Notes: generated by a model from the sequence alone, not told the origin. 64,000 nucleotides of DNA from an uncultured Pirellulales bacterium (GCA_964495465.1 CAZBWE010000001.1:2572-66571), one strand, 5' to 3'; counted from the stretch's first letter, positions 48,901 to 58,215 are shown. Numbers and translations: made by a program.

Positions 48901-49062
48901 TGCTCCCTGATAAGCAGTCAGGACGGAAACAGCCGGTATCTCCATCTCCGGCATCAAGTCCAATCCCAGCATCGACAAAGACACAAGCCCCAGAACCACC
49001 ATTATTATAAATATCATGGCGGTAGTAACAGGTCTGTTTACAGAAAATTGCGCAAGCTTCAT
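45964..49062 (-). CDS. RND efflux transporter permease (AcrB/HAE family)
   Basis: 1032 aa with 12-TM architecture and two large periplasmic loops. N-terminus: MKLAQFSVNRPVTTAMIFI. Also contains VVDNAIVIIDNI and VVNDGIVLISFI. Confidence 0.9.
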   Translation of the reverse strand: MKLAQFSVNRPVTTAMIFIIMVVLGLVSLSMLGLDLMPEMEIPAVSVLTAYQGAGPEEIETLITEPMEDTLSTISGVDEVISISKEGISSVTLRFDWGEKIDESINDVREKIDLIRDILPDDADNPVIFKFDIAMIPIAIIAITADDSYPDLEKIVDDEIIDPLKRVEGVASVTPRGGLERQIRVDIDRDKLAALNLSAAQVNSALAAQNISTPGGNIKTGYKDYLLRTPEEFSSPQEVAEVVIARRNDIPIKLKDVADVRDFFKERTYEVRMNGKKAMAIFVQKQSGENTVAVARAVREKLEEIKKNLPPDVELKMVMDNSEFILASVGNLRNTVLWAAFFVFIVLLFFLRDLRASIIVALAIPTSLIITFLLMYLADYTINETSLASLAIAVGLVVDNAIVIIDNINRHRTKGQRPKEGAILGANEVGVAVIASTLTTISIFAPIIFVGGIAAIIFGQFAAIVVMALVASLFTALMLVPMACSKILIVRDANSPKSILDSFYNLGEKVLNKTEDLYVKFLNWSLNNRKTVFISCILLFVWSIGLVGFIGTEFFPEQDQNRLVANYELPIGTRYERTGAVAYQLQKIAEDSVPERRDSFIRWGVYGGAGGGQFATEEESYKGIMFISLKPKTQRDVSPNDLIKRLRKITSDIPGVTIRYSAEDPLEAMMFGSGGGLSVELYGHDMDLARQYADSVKTAMESIDGVQDVEISRKEEKPEVKVIVDREKASMLGLDVKTIGKTIETFFAGSTATRYREGGDEYDIEVRLQEKDRDRIEDLRDVFISLPTGAQVSLANIATIEQGVGPTKIERKDQARYITVSGEIIGRDLGSVVKDVRKVLDSIPAPPGFSYKFAGAEKERTEAFQLLVIAVGLGMGLVYMVMASQFESLRDPFIIFLSIPFGIVGAIVALALTGQAMSVVSFLALIMMVGIVVNDGIVLISFIGILRRRGLSVYSAIMEGGRSRMRPVICTTVTTILAMIPLALSRGEGSEIWVPFAITVIGGLLVGTIITLVLMPTLYSVFEGFKSTDARG

Positions 49063-49109
49063 TCTATCGTTTACCTTCTTTAGTTTTTACCCCGTTAGAT
49101 AAATTATTA

Positions 49110-50261
49110 CTAACGGGGCGAACCAACACCGATTTCTTCCAACTTCACAACCTCGACTTTAATCCCGTCGATGAGATAATTCATCCCGTTAACTACAAGT
49201 TTTTCTCCCTGTTTTAAGCCATCAGCTATCTCATATACGTCTGCCTGTTTTATTCCAAGTTTGACAAAACGCTTACGGGCGATTCCATCCTCCACGACGT
49301 AAACATAAGGTTCGTCTATTCTGCCGCCAAGAACAACATCCCGAGGAATAATAACCACATCATCTTTACGCTGTACGACCAAGGTAACCCTGGCAAACAT
49401 ACCGGGTTTCAGCAGCAATTCGTCATTGTTCATACGAATCTCAACCTGTATTGTGTGCGTCTGCTCATCAAGAGCAGGATAGACTGAGTACACTTCAGCA
49501 TCGAAGACCCTGTCTCCAAACGCATCAACCTTGATTCTCGCAGGCGTTCCAACGTCAATTTCCTCCCCATATCTTTCTGCAACAGCAACAATCGCCTTGA
49601 CAGTTTTCATATCGGCTATCGTAACAATCCTTTCTCCGGCGTTAATCAGATTACCCTGGTCGATATGCTTTGCTGTAACGATGCCATCAATGGGAGCAAC
49701 AATGGTTGATTCCCGCAGATTTATTTTAGCAAGCTCCAGATTCGCCCTGGACAGATTAAGCCTTGCTGCTGCCAGCTCTGCAGTGGTTACAGCCTTGTCT
49801 TTACTCTGCTCCGTAGCTGAGCCGCCTTCAAATAACCTAATCATACGCTTTTTTTCGCGCTCTGCATCGGCTAACTCAACCTCTCTGGCCTGTAAATCCG
49901 CCTTCGCCGCTTCCACTTGAGCCAGATAAGTATCATGGTCGATAACAGCAATCTGCCGGCCTTTTGTGACGGCCAGTCCTTCTTCAACAGCAACTGTATC
50001 ACCACTATCCAGAATAACCTGTAAAGATTCAATTCTTCCAGGCACCTTCGATGTAACATCCACAATTTTGTCTGCCTTTATCCAGCCGGTTACCTCTATC
50101 GTCTCTTCTATCGAGCCGGTGCTGACAAGCTCAACCTCAACCGGAACTACTTTTTCCTGCTCCGAACTTTCGCCGGATTTATAAAAATAAACAAACCAAA
50201 AAGTAACAGATATCAAGACTAACGCTGCTATCCAATATGTAACTTTTCTACCTGCTTTCAT
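49110..50261 (-). CDS. RND periplasmic adaptor (membrane fusion protein, HlyD/AcrA family)
   Basis: 383 aa with an N-terminal anchor. Lipoyl/hairpin/beta-barrel pattern: VTSKVPGRIESL, coiled coil AQVEAAKADLQAREVELADAE, and IVAPIDGIVTAK. Confidence 0.85.
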   Translation of the reverse strand: MKAGRKVTYWIAALVLISVTFWFVYFYKSGESSEQEKVVPVEVELVSTGSIEETIEVTGWIKADKIVDVTSKVPGRIESLQVILDSGDTVAVEEGLAVTKGRQIAVIDHDTYLAQVEAAKADLQAREVELADAEREKKRMIRLFEGGSATEQSKDKAVTTAELAAARLNLSRANLELAKINLRESTIVAPIDGIVTAKHIDQGNLINAGERIVTIADMKTVKAIVAVAERYGEEIDVGTPARIKVDAFGDRVFDAEVYSVYPALDEQTHTIQVEIRMNNDELLLKPGMFARVTLVVQRKDDVVIIPRDVVLGGRIDEPYVYVVEDGIARKRFVKLGIKQADVYEIADGLKQGEKLVVNGMNYLIDGIKVEVVKLEEIGVGSPR

Positions 50262-51780
50262 TTTGGTCTATCTCACTTTCGTTTATAAAAGTTGCTGAAG
50301 CTGTTTCTTTCGCAGTTTCTGACTTATTATTCTCAATTTTGCCGTCGGAGACATCTGCTTCAAATGAAGTCAGCGTTCCCATTGCTTTGTGCAAATCCAA
50401 CTTGGCAACGATGTGCGAATATATGGCCTGGTAATAGTTCGCACTGGCAGTCGTCAAGGCGGCCTGAGCATCTATCATCTCAACCTGAGTGTTTGTACCC
50501 TCTCTGTAACCTACTTCGGCAAGCCGCAATCCTTCTTCAGCCCTGGCAAGATTTAATCGCTGTGATTCGACAAACTCCCTGGCATCCTGAATACTCAATA
50601 AGGCACTGGTCAATTCAAATAAGGCGGTCTCTTCAGTATCAATCAAATCTATTTGCGCCTGCCTGACTCGTGCTTTCTGCTGAATAACCTCACCCTCGCG
50701 AGACAGCCCGTCAAATATAGGCATTGAGGCCATAACACCAACCTGCCACATATGCCCCCATTCAATCTCCATAGAGCTATGCGGGTCAGGTCTTGACCAT
50801 ATATTGTCATAGTATCCACTGACGGTCGGCCAATATCGACTTTGGGCAATTTTAAGCATCTGTTTCTGATACTTTATATCAAACTCACGGCTAAACAAAT
50901 CAGGCCGATTGCGAAAAGCAGCCTTAACAGACTCATCCATCGTCATCTTAGAGGGAAGATAAACCAGCTCATCCGAGAGAACGAACTCACTATCCTGAGA
51001 AACACCCATTACCTTAATCAACTGTGCCTTTGCCAGATTTATGGCATTTTTGTTCTGTATGAACTCTGCCTGGAAGTTCGAAAGCTCCACTTCAGCTCGC
51101 AGAACATCGAAATCAGAAGCTACTCCCCCCTGCCGTTTCTGTTTTACATCATCAAGATGCGCCTTGGCAGAACGGACGGCATCAGCGCTAATCTGAAGCA
51201 GATGCTGGTTAAGCAGAACATCATAATAAGAATGAGATGCGGAATAAATTACATCCTGCACCGCCGCCCGAACAGTCTGGTCAGCAAGCAAAGAAAACAA
51301 TTTGCCAGCCTTTATCGTAGCCGGTATCGAACCACCGGCAAAGAATGGTTGTGTGACCCGCAGATTAGTGGAATACGTGTGTATGTCGCCCATCGTAATT
51401 TTCTCGCCGAAATCGGGAATACTTATGGATGAAACCTCGTCAATCTCCTGCCATTCTCCGGTAAGGTCCACTTTTGGTAAAATTGCCGAGTATGATTTGT
51501 ATCGTTCTCCACGGGCAATTTCCTTCTCCTGAATGGTCTGCTGCAAAACCTTGTTATTGACCAAAGCCAGCTTTAAGCAGTCCTCTATACCTAAATCGCC
51601 ACTTACATATATCTGAGAACGTTGCTGATTCTCTTTACGGTTTTTCCACTGTCGATATGCAGCATCCCTGGACAAACCAACATCCTGATAAAGTCGCTCA
51701 CTGCTGCCGCAGCCGGCCTGCAACAATGCTGCAATCACAGCCCAGCCAAAACAAATAACTTTTTTCTTCATCAAAGTCAT
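50248..51780 (-). CDS. TolC-family outer membrane efflux protein (lipoprotein)
   Basis: 510 aa with lipobox LLQAGC. It shows the two OEP repeats with long helical segments and overlaps the MFP start by 14 nt. Confidence 0.8.
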   Translation of the reverse strand: MTLMKKKVICFGWAVIAALLQAGCGSSERLYQDVGLSRDAAYRQWKNRKENQQRSQIYVSGDLGIEDCLKLALVNNKVLQQTIQEKEIARGERYKSYSAILPKVDLTGEWQEIDEVSSISIPDFGEKITMGDIHTYSTNLRVTQPFFAGGSIPATIKAGKLFSLLADQTVRAAVQDVIYSASHSYYDVLLNQHLLQISADAVRSAKAHLDDVKQKRQGGVASDFDVLRAEVELSNFQAEFIQNKNAINLAKAQLIKVMGVSQDSEFVLSDELVYLPSKMTMDESVKAAFRNRPDLFSREFDIKYQKQMLKIAQSRYWPTVSGYYDNIWSRPDPHSSMEIEWGHMWQVGVMASMPIFDGLSREGEVIQQKARVRQAQIDLIDTEETALFELTSALLSIQDAREFVESQRLNLARAEEGLRLAEVGYREGTNTQVEMIDAQAALTTASANYYQAIYSHIVAKLDLHKAMGTLTSFEADVSDGKIENNKSETAKETASATFINESEIDQNESR

Positions 51781-51851
51781 ACCCGGTACACGTTAATACA
51801 CACAAGCTATAAGGACACAATTAACCATTTTAATCATCTGCTTTAACACTG

Positions 51852-52517
51852 TCATTTTTCCTCGGCATAAGTCCGAATCCCGGCAGCAGAGAATTTGACA
51901 ATGTGATTAACTGCTTCATCAAGGCCAAATCCCGGCAATTGTATAGGGTAACTCTGGTCAAACAAAGTTTGCACACGGATTAGATGCACTAACTGGCCGA
52001 TGATAGAAAACAAAAGGAAAGGAACTTTTGATTTGTCTAAACCTGGAAAGATTTTCGCCAAAGAATTCTGCATAGCATTGAAAGTAGGTATAATTACTTC
52101 TTCAAGAAACATATTTTTAGGCAGGTGCGGTTCTACCATTTCATAGTCCATAAGCTTGATGAGCTGATAGGCCTTTCTTTTATCCTTAATCGGTTCGATA
52201 AAAGCCGTAGCGAAAGACCTTATCAAATCCTCCAAATAAGTTTCTTTAGCATTTTCCAACGTCATCCTTTCGATACTGCTCATGATTCTTTCTCGCGTAC
52301 TTAGCAGATGGTGTCTCCAAACTTCGATATATAGTTTATCTTTACCGCCGAAATAGTAATTCACCGCTGCAAGGTTGCAGCCTGCTTCCGCAGCAATTTT
52401 GCGGACACTTGTGTCATTAAAACCATGTTCGCAGAAAAGCTCTTCTGCTGCGTCAAGCAGCCGCTTTTGAACCGGCCTATCTAAACAAAGGGCTGGATTA
52501 TTACTTGAAAGTTCCAT
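51852..52517 (-). CDS. TetR-family transcriptional regulator
   Basis: HTH: RLLDAAEELFCEHGFNDTSVRKIAAEAGCNLAAVNYYFGGKDKLY. The start at M49 (52517) is preferred over 52661. Confidence 0.8.
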   Translation of the reverse strand: MELSSNNPALCLDRPVQKRLLDAAEELFCEHGFNDTSVRKIAAEAGCNLAAVNYYFGGKDKLYIEVWRHHLLSTRERIMSSIERMTLENAKETYLEDLIRSFATAFIEPIKDKRKAYQLIKLMDYEMVEPHLPKNMFLEEVIIPTFNAMQNSLAKIFPGLDKSKVPFLLFSIIGQLVHLIRVQTLFDQSYPIQLPGFGLDEAVNHIVKFSAAGIRTYAEEK

Positions 52518-52992
52518 ATTTAGACCCCTAAACAGTCGTTTCATACTATAGTTTAAAACACTTGTTTGAAAAGTCAAGTCTTTTTCTAATTTTTTTAAAA
52601 TTAAAGTGTATTCATAGCATAACCGTCTGATATAAATAAACTTATGCACTTTCCGCCTCATAAAAACGGTTAAAACTGTAAGTAAATATCAAAAACCGTA
52701 TAAAACATAATAAAGATATATAGATAATTCTATTCAAACTGCTTATAGAAAATAGGAGTAAAGAATCTCAACGAAACTATATCATTTCAGTTAACCCCCG
52801 GCTCTTAAAAAAGCCTTAAGATTTTATCACTTGGCCTCATCAGTTCACTTATAGGACGAACAAGTAATTGCCTCCTATAATATTACCTCCTGCCCTGCTC
52901 TTACAGCAATTATCAACTATAAGCCCAGTTTATTAATGGCGATACGATATAATCTCGATAATCTAACAGACATAAAAGAAACCATAATCTAC

Positions 52993-53021
52993 TTGACAAA
53001 AGCAGATAAATAAGGTAAATT
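52993..53021 (+). promoter_or_regulatory. Candidate sigma70-type promoter for the beta-helix protein gene
   Basis: TTGACA (52993..52998), a 17-nt spacer, then TAAATT (53016..53021). This would give a ~170-nt leader. Confidence 0.3.
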
Positions 53022-53200
53022 ATTAAAAAAGGAGAGCGGTGTGAAACACACTATGGGTTGGGTAAAATCCCTTGTTTTGAGGGCCTCGAAGAGGAGAGTG
53101 TTATAAACAGTGCAATCCTTAAGGGATTTATTTATACATTCTTGTCTTCGTCCATAAGTTCTTTCCTCAACCGCTCCAGTTAACAAGCATTCTATTATTT

Positions 53201-56200
53201 ATGCAAGAATACATTTGTAAAAAGAGAACCGTAACAAGCAGGAAAAGAAATACAAGTTTTTGGCCTGTAATATTAATTTTGTTATCAATCATGGTAGGGA
53301 CGTGTTTTTCGGGGCAAATTTTCGTCGATGCGAATGCTACCGGGAACAATGATGGTTCAAGCTGGACCAACGCCTACAATAGTTTAAAGGATGCCCTGAC
53401 TGCCGCCTCAAGTGGCGATGAAGTCCTGGTAGCCAAAGGCACTTACAAACCTGACCAAGGCAAGTCGATTACACCCGGTGACCGCGGGGCGACATTTCAA
53501 CTGATTAACGGAGTAACAATTAAAGGTGGCTACGCCAGCTCCGGTGAATCAAATTCCAATGCTCGGGACATCAATAACAACAAGACCATCCTGAGCGGCG
53601 ACCTGAGCGGCGACGATGACCCTAACTACACCAAAAACAACGATAACAGCTACAATGTGGTAACAGGTATGGGGACGGATAGGACTGCTGTGCTGGATGG
53701 CTTTACCATTTCCGGCGGTAAAGCCAGCAGTAACGGCGGCGGAGTTTATAATTACAGAGGCAGCCCAACATTGATGAATTGCGTGCTTACAGGTAATTCA
53801 GCAAACGGTAACGGCGGTGGTATGTATAACGACCAGAGCAATCCGACGCTGGTAAACTGCATGTTCATAAAAAACTCGGCAGGCGGAGCAGGCGGTGGAA
53901 TATACAATTCCACCAGCAGCCCAATACTTACAAACTGCTCATTCAGCGAGAACTCTTCCCTGAACGGGGGCGGGATATACTGCAAGTACGATAGCAACCC
54001 GACACTGACAAACTGCACGTTTATTAACAATTCGGCACGTTATAGTGGAGGGATGGCCAATTACTTAAACAGCAATTCAGTGCTGAAAAGCTGTATATTC
54101 AGCAATAACTCAGCAGATAACGGCGGCGGAATGCGCAACTATAACAGCAATCCAACACTTATCAACTGCACATTCAGTAAAAACACGGCCAAAAACGACG
54201 GCGGCGGGATTAACAACCACAGCAGCAAACCGACACTGACAAACTGTATGTTCATAGAGAACTCCGCAGAAGGATGGGGAGGCGGTATAAGAAATTATGA
54301 GAGCAGCACAAAACTGACCTGCTGCACCTCTATCGGTAATTCGGCAGGCTTAGGCGGTGGTGGTATATATAATCGCGAAAACAGTAATGCAGAACTAACC
54401 AACTGCCTTCTATGGTCAAATAAAGATGGCAGCAGCAATATTGAATCCGCACAGATTGATACGTCCGGTAGCACACCGGCTATCAACTACTGCTGCATTC
54501 AGGGCTGGACAGACACTTTAGGTGGAACCGGCAACATTAATAAAGACCCGCTGTTTGTGGACATAACCAAAGGCGATTACCATTTGCAGCCAACATCGCC
54601 CTGTGTTAATGCAGGTGATGCAAAATATGCGGCTGCGGCCGATGAAACAGACATTGATGGTGAACCAAGGGTGATTAAGAACAGAGTTGACATCGGGGCC
54701 GACGAATATAATAACCAACGCCTGGTGCCATCAATATATCCTACTATACAAGCAGCTATAGATGTTGCATACCCCGGCGATGCCGTTGTTATCAGCCCGG
54801 GCGCTTACACAGGAGCTGGCAACCAGGAAATTGACTTTAAGGGTAAGGCCATTTCTGTAGAAAGCACTAATCCAACACACCACCACGTTGTTGTTTCAAC
54901 AATTATCAATTGTGAAAACGAAGGTCGGGCATTCTACATTCACAGCGGTGAAGATGCAAACTCAATTGTAAATGGTCTGTCTATTGTAAACGGCAACGCA
55001 ACAAATGGCGGCGCTGTATATTGCAAAGACAGCAACCCGACGTTGAAAAACTGTATATTCACCCACAACACAGCTCAATACAACGGTGGCGCAATGCACA
55101 ACGAAAACAGCAACCCAACCCTGACAAATTGCACGTTTAGCGAGAATACCTGCGAACATGGCGGCGGTGGGATACATAACAACAACAGCAATCCAACAAT
55201 AATCAATTGTCCATTTAAAAACAACTGGGCCAAATACGGCGGGGGCATGCACAATCGTGACGACAGCAATCCGATACTCAAACACTGTATGTTCAGCAGA
55301 AACTCATCAACAGAAAGCGGGGCCGGGATAAACAACCAAAACAGCAATCCCACGTTAATTAACTGTATATTCAGCAACAACTCGACTGACGGCAGCGGAG
55401 GCGGTATGTTCAACCAGAGCGGCAACGCAAATCTAGCAAGCTGCAAATTCACCAATAACACAGCCAATGATAACGGCGGCGGAATTTACAACTTATACTG
55501 CGAAGCAATACTAACAGACTGCAAATTCGACGGCAACCGAGGTGAAAACCACGGTGGCGGACTGTTCAACAGCAGCAGCTCAACTTTGGTAAACTGCATA
55601 TTCAACAATAACTCAGCCGGAAGCGATGGCGGCGGGATGTTCAATCGTGAAGGCAACCCGATATTGACAAACTGCATATTTAGTGGAAACCTGAGTAATA
55701 ACAACGGTGGAGCGATGTTCAATAATAACAGTCCCAACATTACGAATTGCACATTTGGCGATAACTTTGCAAAGTCAGGCGGCGGGATTTACAACGACAA
55801 CTCCAGATTCAATTGCAAACCGACATTCACAAATTGCATCTTTTGGGACAACAAAAACTACAGTAAGGATGCCAATTCCACACAAATCTGTGGTGGTTTG
55901 CCTACTGTCAGTTACAGCTGTATCCAGAACTCTGGCCCGAACGTATATCCGGGGACCGGCAATATTAATGAGAATCCCTGCTTTACTAAACCGGGCTATT
56001 GGACTGACCCCAACGACCCAAATGCACAAACCGCATCGGATGACCCAAATGCCGTCTGGGTTGAGGGCGATTACCACCTGCTGTCACATTCACCCTGCAT
56101 TGACGCAGGGGACCCGAATTCTGATTATTCGCTGGAACCAGAGCCGAACGGCGGAAGAATCAATATAGGCACATATGGAAACACGCGTGAAGCAACATCC

Positions 56201-56302
56201 AAAAGCGGGACAGCTATCCTGTTTCGAGATATACACAATCCATTTATACTCAACGTATCAGATGAACCTCGCCAAATGTTCAGGAACTTTAAACAACCGT
56301 AG
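53201..56302 (+). CDS. Large secreted parallel beta-helix repeat protein (Pmp-like GGG[IM]xN / NC[TI]F repeats)
   Basis: 1033 aa with the N-terminal signal FWPVILILLSIMVGTCFSG. It carries dozens of ~23-aa repeats such as GGGMYNDQSNPTLVNCMFIKNSA. No PEP-CTERM or other anchor motif is visible at the C-terminus. Confidence 0.75.
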   Translation: MQEYICKKRTVTSRKRNTSFWPVILILLSIMVGTCFSGQIFVDANATGNNDGSSWTNAYNSLKDALTAASSGDEVLVAKGTYKPDQGKSITPGDRGATFQLINGVTIKGGYASSGESNSNARDINNNKTILSGDLSGDDDPNYTKNNDNSYNVVTGMGTDRTAVLDGFTISGGKASSNGGGVYNYRGSPTLMNCVLTGNSANGNGGGMYNDQSNPTLVNCMFIKNSAGGAGGGIYNSTSSPILTNCSFSENSSLNGGGIYCKYDSNPTLTNCTFINNSARYSGGMANYLNSNSVLKSCIFSNNSADNGGGMRNYNSNPTLINCTFSKNTAKNDGGGINNHSSKPTLTNCMFIENSAEGWGGGIRNYESSTKLTCCTSIGNSAGLGGGGIYNRENSNAELTNCLLWSNKDGSSNIESAQIDTSGSTPAINYCCIQGWTDTLGGTGNINKDPLFVDITKGDYHLQPTSPCVNAGDAKYAAAADETDIDGEPRVIKNRVDIGADEYNNQRLVPSIYPTIQAAIDVAYPGDAVVISPGAYTGAGNQEIDFKGKAISVESTNPTHHHVVVSTIINCENEGRAFYIHSGEDANSIVNGLSIVNGNATNGGAVYCKDSNPTLKNCIFTHNTAQYNGGAMHNENSNPTLTNCTFSENTCEHGGGGIHNNNSNPTIINCPFKNNWAKYGGGMHNRDDSNPILKHCMFSRNSSTESGAGINNQNSNPTLINCIFSNNSTDGSGGGMFNQSGNANLASCKFTNNTANDNGGGIYNLYCEAILTDCKFDGNRGENHGGGLFNSSSSTLVNCIFNNNSAGSDGGGMFNREGNPILTNCIFSGNLSNNNGGAMFNNNSPNITNCTFGDNFAKSGGGIYNDNSRFNCKPTFTNCIFWDNKNYSKDANSTQICGGLPTVSYSCIQNSGPNVYPGTGNINENPCFTKPGYWTDPNDPNAQTASDDPNAVWVEGDYHLLSHSPCIDAGDPNSDYSLEPEPNGGRINIGTYGNTREATSKSGTAILFRDIHNPFILNVSDEPRQMFRNFKQP

Positions 56303-56589
56303 AAGAAAGTTGCCAATACTGTCGAATCAAAATCTCCGGCATACAACTAACTTGGACATAAAGACTTAATAGTATTTTAAACACCTTTCTTACCGGCCAC
56401 ATCTCATTACATCGCAAAGCATTTGTATATTCTCTTAAACCGGCTTGATAGAACCGCCTTAAAATGGCGGAGAATTGACCAACAGGTTCCCAAAACCGCC
56501 CAAAAACCGATAAAAAAGTTACAATCGATACAACCGGAGGATGGAAACAAATAAACGAAGTAATCAGGAAGCAATTTAAACTTTTTTTG

Positions 56590-56617
56590 TTGACTTTATT
56601 GCAAGGTCTGATATAAT
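56590..56617 (+). promoter_or_regulatory. Sigma70-type promoter with extended -10 (copy 1)
   Basis: TTGACT (56590..56595), a 16-nt spacer ending in TGa, then TATAAT (56612..56617). Confidence 0.6.
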
Positions 56618-56798
56618 CGCAACATATAAGGATGGGTGAGTCTGAAGGGCCACACGGAAGTACCACACGTCTTTCTACTCGATGAGAAAAACGCAGAGTA
56701 TATGTGCGGATAAACCTCTATTAGGAGAGCTATTCGCACAAAAATGGAAGATTTAAAGGTTTAAATTTGGAGGAACCGAGAGATGAAAAAATTAATAA
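56590..56798 (+). repeat. 209-nt repeat, copy 1: promoter, ~160-nt 5' leader and the first 16 nt of the CDS
   Basis: Nucleotide-for-nucleotide identical to 58007..58215 (offset 1417 nt). Confidence 0.95.
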
Positions 56799-57607
56799 CG
56801 ATTTGCATGGTATTGGCATTGATATTAACCATAAGCAACGTAGCCAACGCGACCTACTACGTTAAATACGATTTCGAAACGCCCTGGAGCGGCCCCTATA
56901 CGCCGGGCTGGGACTGCTCAGGTTACCGTCACGGGGAAGAACCGGATACTAAAATGGAGCAGGTACAACTTACCGTCTTTGGCAGGTCCGGCTATGGTGT
57001 AAAAGTCTATGTAGACAGCGTTCCTGAAGATTGGATGTGGTGGGGAATAGTAGAGGTAGTAGATATGTTGGAAAACAGTATGAATACTGAATACGACCCA
57101 TGGGTAAGCGTATATATGTATGATGCCGGCTACACATCCGGCAAAGACGCTACCGGCCAGTTGTACCCTCTTCCAAGCCATGTAACCGGCGATGATGACT
57201 GGACAGATGTGCAATTTGGTGGAAGGACGGTTGCTGAGTCAGTTTACTACTACACTTGGGCAGATGTTCCTCATCCGGGGTGGCAAGCAACTTCGGTCTC
57301 AAGACCTGACCTCAACAATGATGACAATCCTGTATGGGTTCAACTAAAGATACAACTATCCAGCTCAGACAACAAGTTGCATTACTACATTAATGGCAGC
57401 GAAGTTGGTGTATCAGACCGCAATGACTATCTTGACCTTGGCTCGCTTGGCTTAGGAGTTATGTTTGATAATCCACTATCAGGTTGGGGCGGAAACAAAC
57501 CGTATGTCATCTTTGATGACTTTGAATTTGGCTCAACAATTCCTGAGCCAGCTACGATTTGTCTGTTAGGTCTTGGTGGATTGGCACTGCTGCGGAAGAA
57601 ACGCTGA
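56783..57607 (+). CDS. PEP-CTERM sorting-domain protein
   Basis: 274 aa. Signal peptide MKKLITICMVLALILTISNVANA. C-terminus IPEPATICLLGLGGLALLRKKR (PEP motif, TM segment, basic tail). Confidence 0.85.
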   Translation: MKKLITICMVLALILTISNVANATYYVKYDFETPWSGPYTPGWDCSGYRHGEEPDTKMEQVQLTVFGRSGYGVKVYVDSVPEDWMWWGIVEVVDMLENSMNTEYDPWVSVYMYDAGYTSGKDATGQLYPLPSHVTGDDDWTDVQFGGRTVAESVYYYTWADVPHPGWQATSVSRPDLNNDDNPVWVQLKIQLSSSDNKLHYYINGSEVGVSDRNDYLDLGSLGLGVMFDNPLSGWGGNKPYVIFDDFEFGSTIPEPATICLLGLGGLALLRKKR

Positions 57608-57651
57608 TTCGTACCAAAAGTATTAGTCGACTAATGTTTTTGAATCAATTC

Positions 57652-57683
57652 GGGGCCTATATCGAAAACTCGGTATAGGCCCC
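57652..57683 (+). terminator. Stem-loop downstream of PEP-CTERM gene 1 (no U-tract)
   Basis: GGGGCCTATA (57652..57661) pairs with TATAGGCCCC (57674..57683). A second perfect hairpin, CGACTTGTC-gaa-GACAAGTCG, lies at 57710..57730. Confidence 0.5.
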
Positions 57684-57748
57684 GCTGAATTCAGAGTAGA
57701 TAGAACGACCGACTTGTCGAAGACAAGTCGAGACAGTCAGCACACACC

Positions 57749-57811
57749 TTACACGTTAGTATCCCTCTTGCGTGTTGACAGAAGGATAATGTCTCCTATC
57801 GCCTCACTTCA
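57749..57811 (-). pseudogene. Relic copy of the 3' end of the permease-EIIA gene
   Basis: The minus strand reads (stop)SEAIGDIILLSTRKRDTNV(stop). The intact gene at 58964.. ends TEAIRNLILLSTRKRDTNV(stop). Weaker nucleotide similarity continues to about 57890. Confidence 0.7.
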
Positions 57812-58006
57812 CCAGTGGGTCAATCGTCATTTTTTACGTCATTTCAAGGCCTTTTTCCACAGAGAGCCCTGCCACAATCTAACAACAACACATAAATAAC
57901 CAATCGGTAAAAATGCTTATAACGAACCGTTAAAATAGCTAAAACCGATAAAATCGGAGGATAAAAAAAATAAGATAGATAATATAGAAAATATAGGTAT
58001 TTTTTC

Positions 58007-58034
58007 TTGACTTTATTGCAAGGTCTGATATAAT
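58007..58034 (+). promoter_or_regulatory. Sigma70-type promoter with extended -10 (copy 2)
   Basis: Identical to copy 1: TTGACT at 58007..58012 and TATAAT at 58029..58034. Confidence 0.6.
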
Positions 58035-58215
58035 CGCAACATATAAGGATGGGTGAGTCTGAAGGGCCACACGGAAGTACCACACGTCTTTCTACTCGAT
58101 GAGAAAAACGCAGAGTATATGTGCGGATAAACCTCTATTAGGAGAGCTATTCGCACAAAAATGGAAGATTTAAAGGTTTAAATTTGGAGGAACCGAGAGA
58201 TGAAAAAATTAATAA
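58007..58215 (+). repeat. 209-nt repeat, copy 2
   Basis: Identical to 56590..56798. Confidence 0.95.

Noticed and set aside
53752-55752. Several 60-130-aa minus-strand ORFs inside the beta-helix gene (e.g. 53752..54030, 55075..55467)
   Set aside because: They mirror the periodic repeats of the plus-strand CDS (recurrent IPPP / VGLL strings). They have no independent start context and are artefacts of repeat composition.
56671-56715. Hammerhead-like string CUCGAUGAG...GAUAAAC in the PEP-CTERM leader
   Set aside because: The core deviates from CUGAUGA and GAAA by insertions, and the required three-stem geometry cannot be drawn.
56289-58083. Two minus-strand ORFs (56289..56666 and 57844..58083) with the identical N-terminus MVLPCGPSDSPILICCDYIRPCNKV
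   Set aside because: The identity is a by-product of the duplicated promoter/leader read in antisense. The ORFs diverge as soon as the repeat ends, they run through the -10/-35 boxes, and they lack an RBS.
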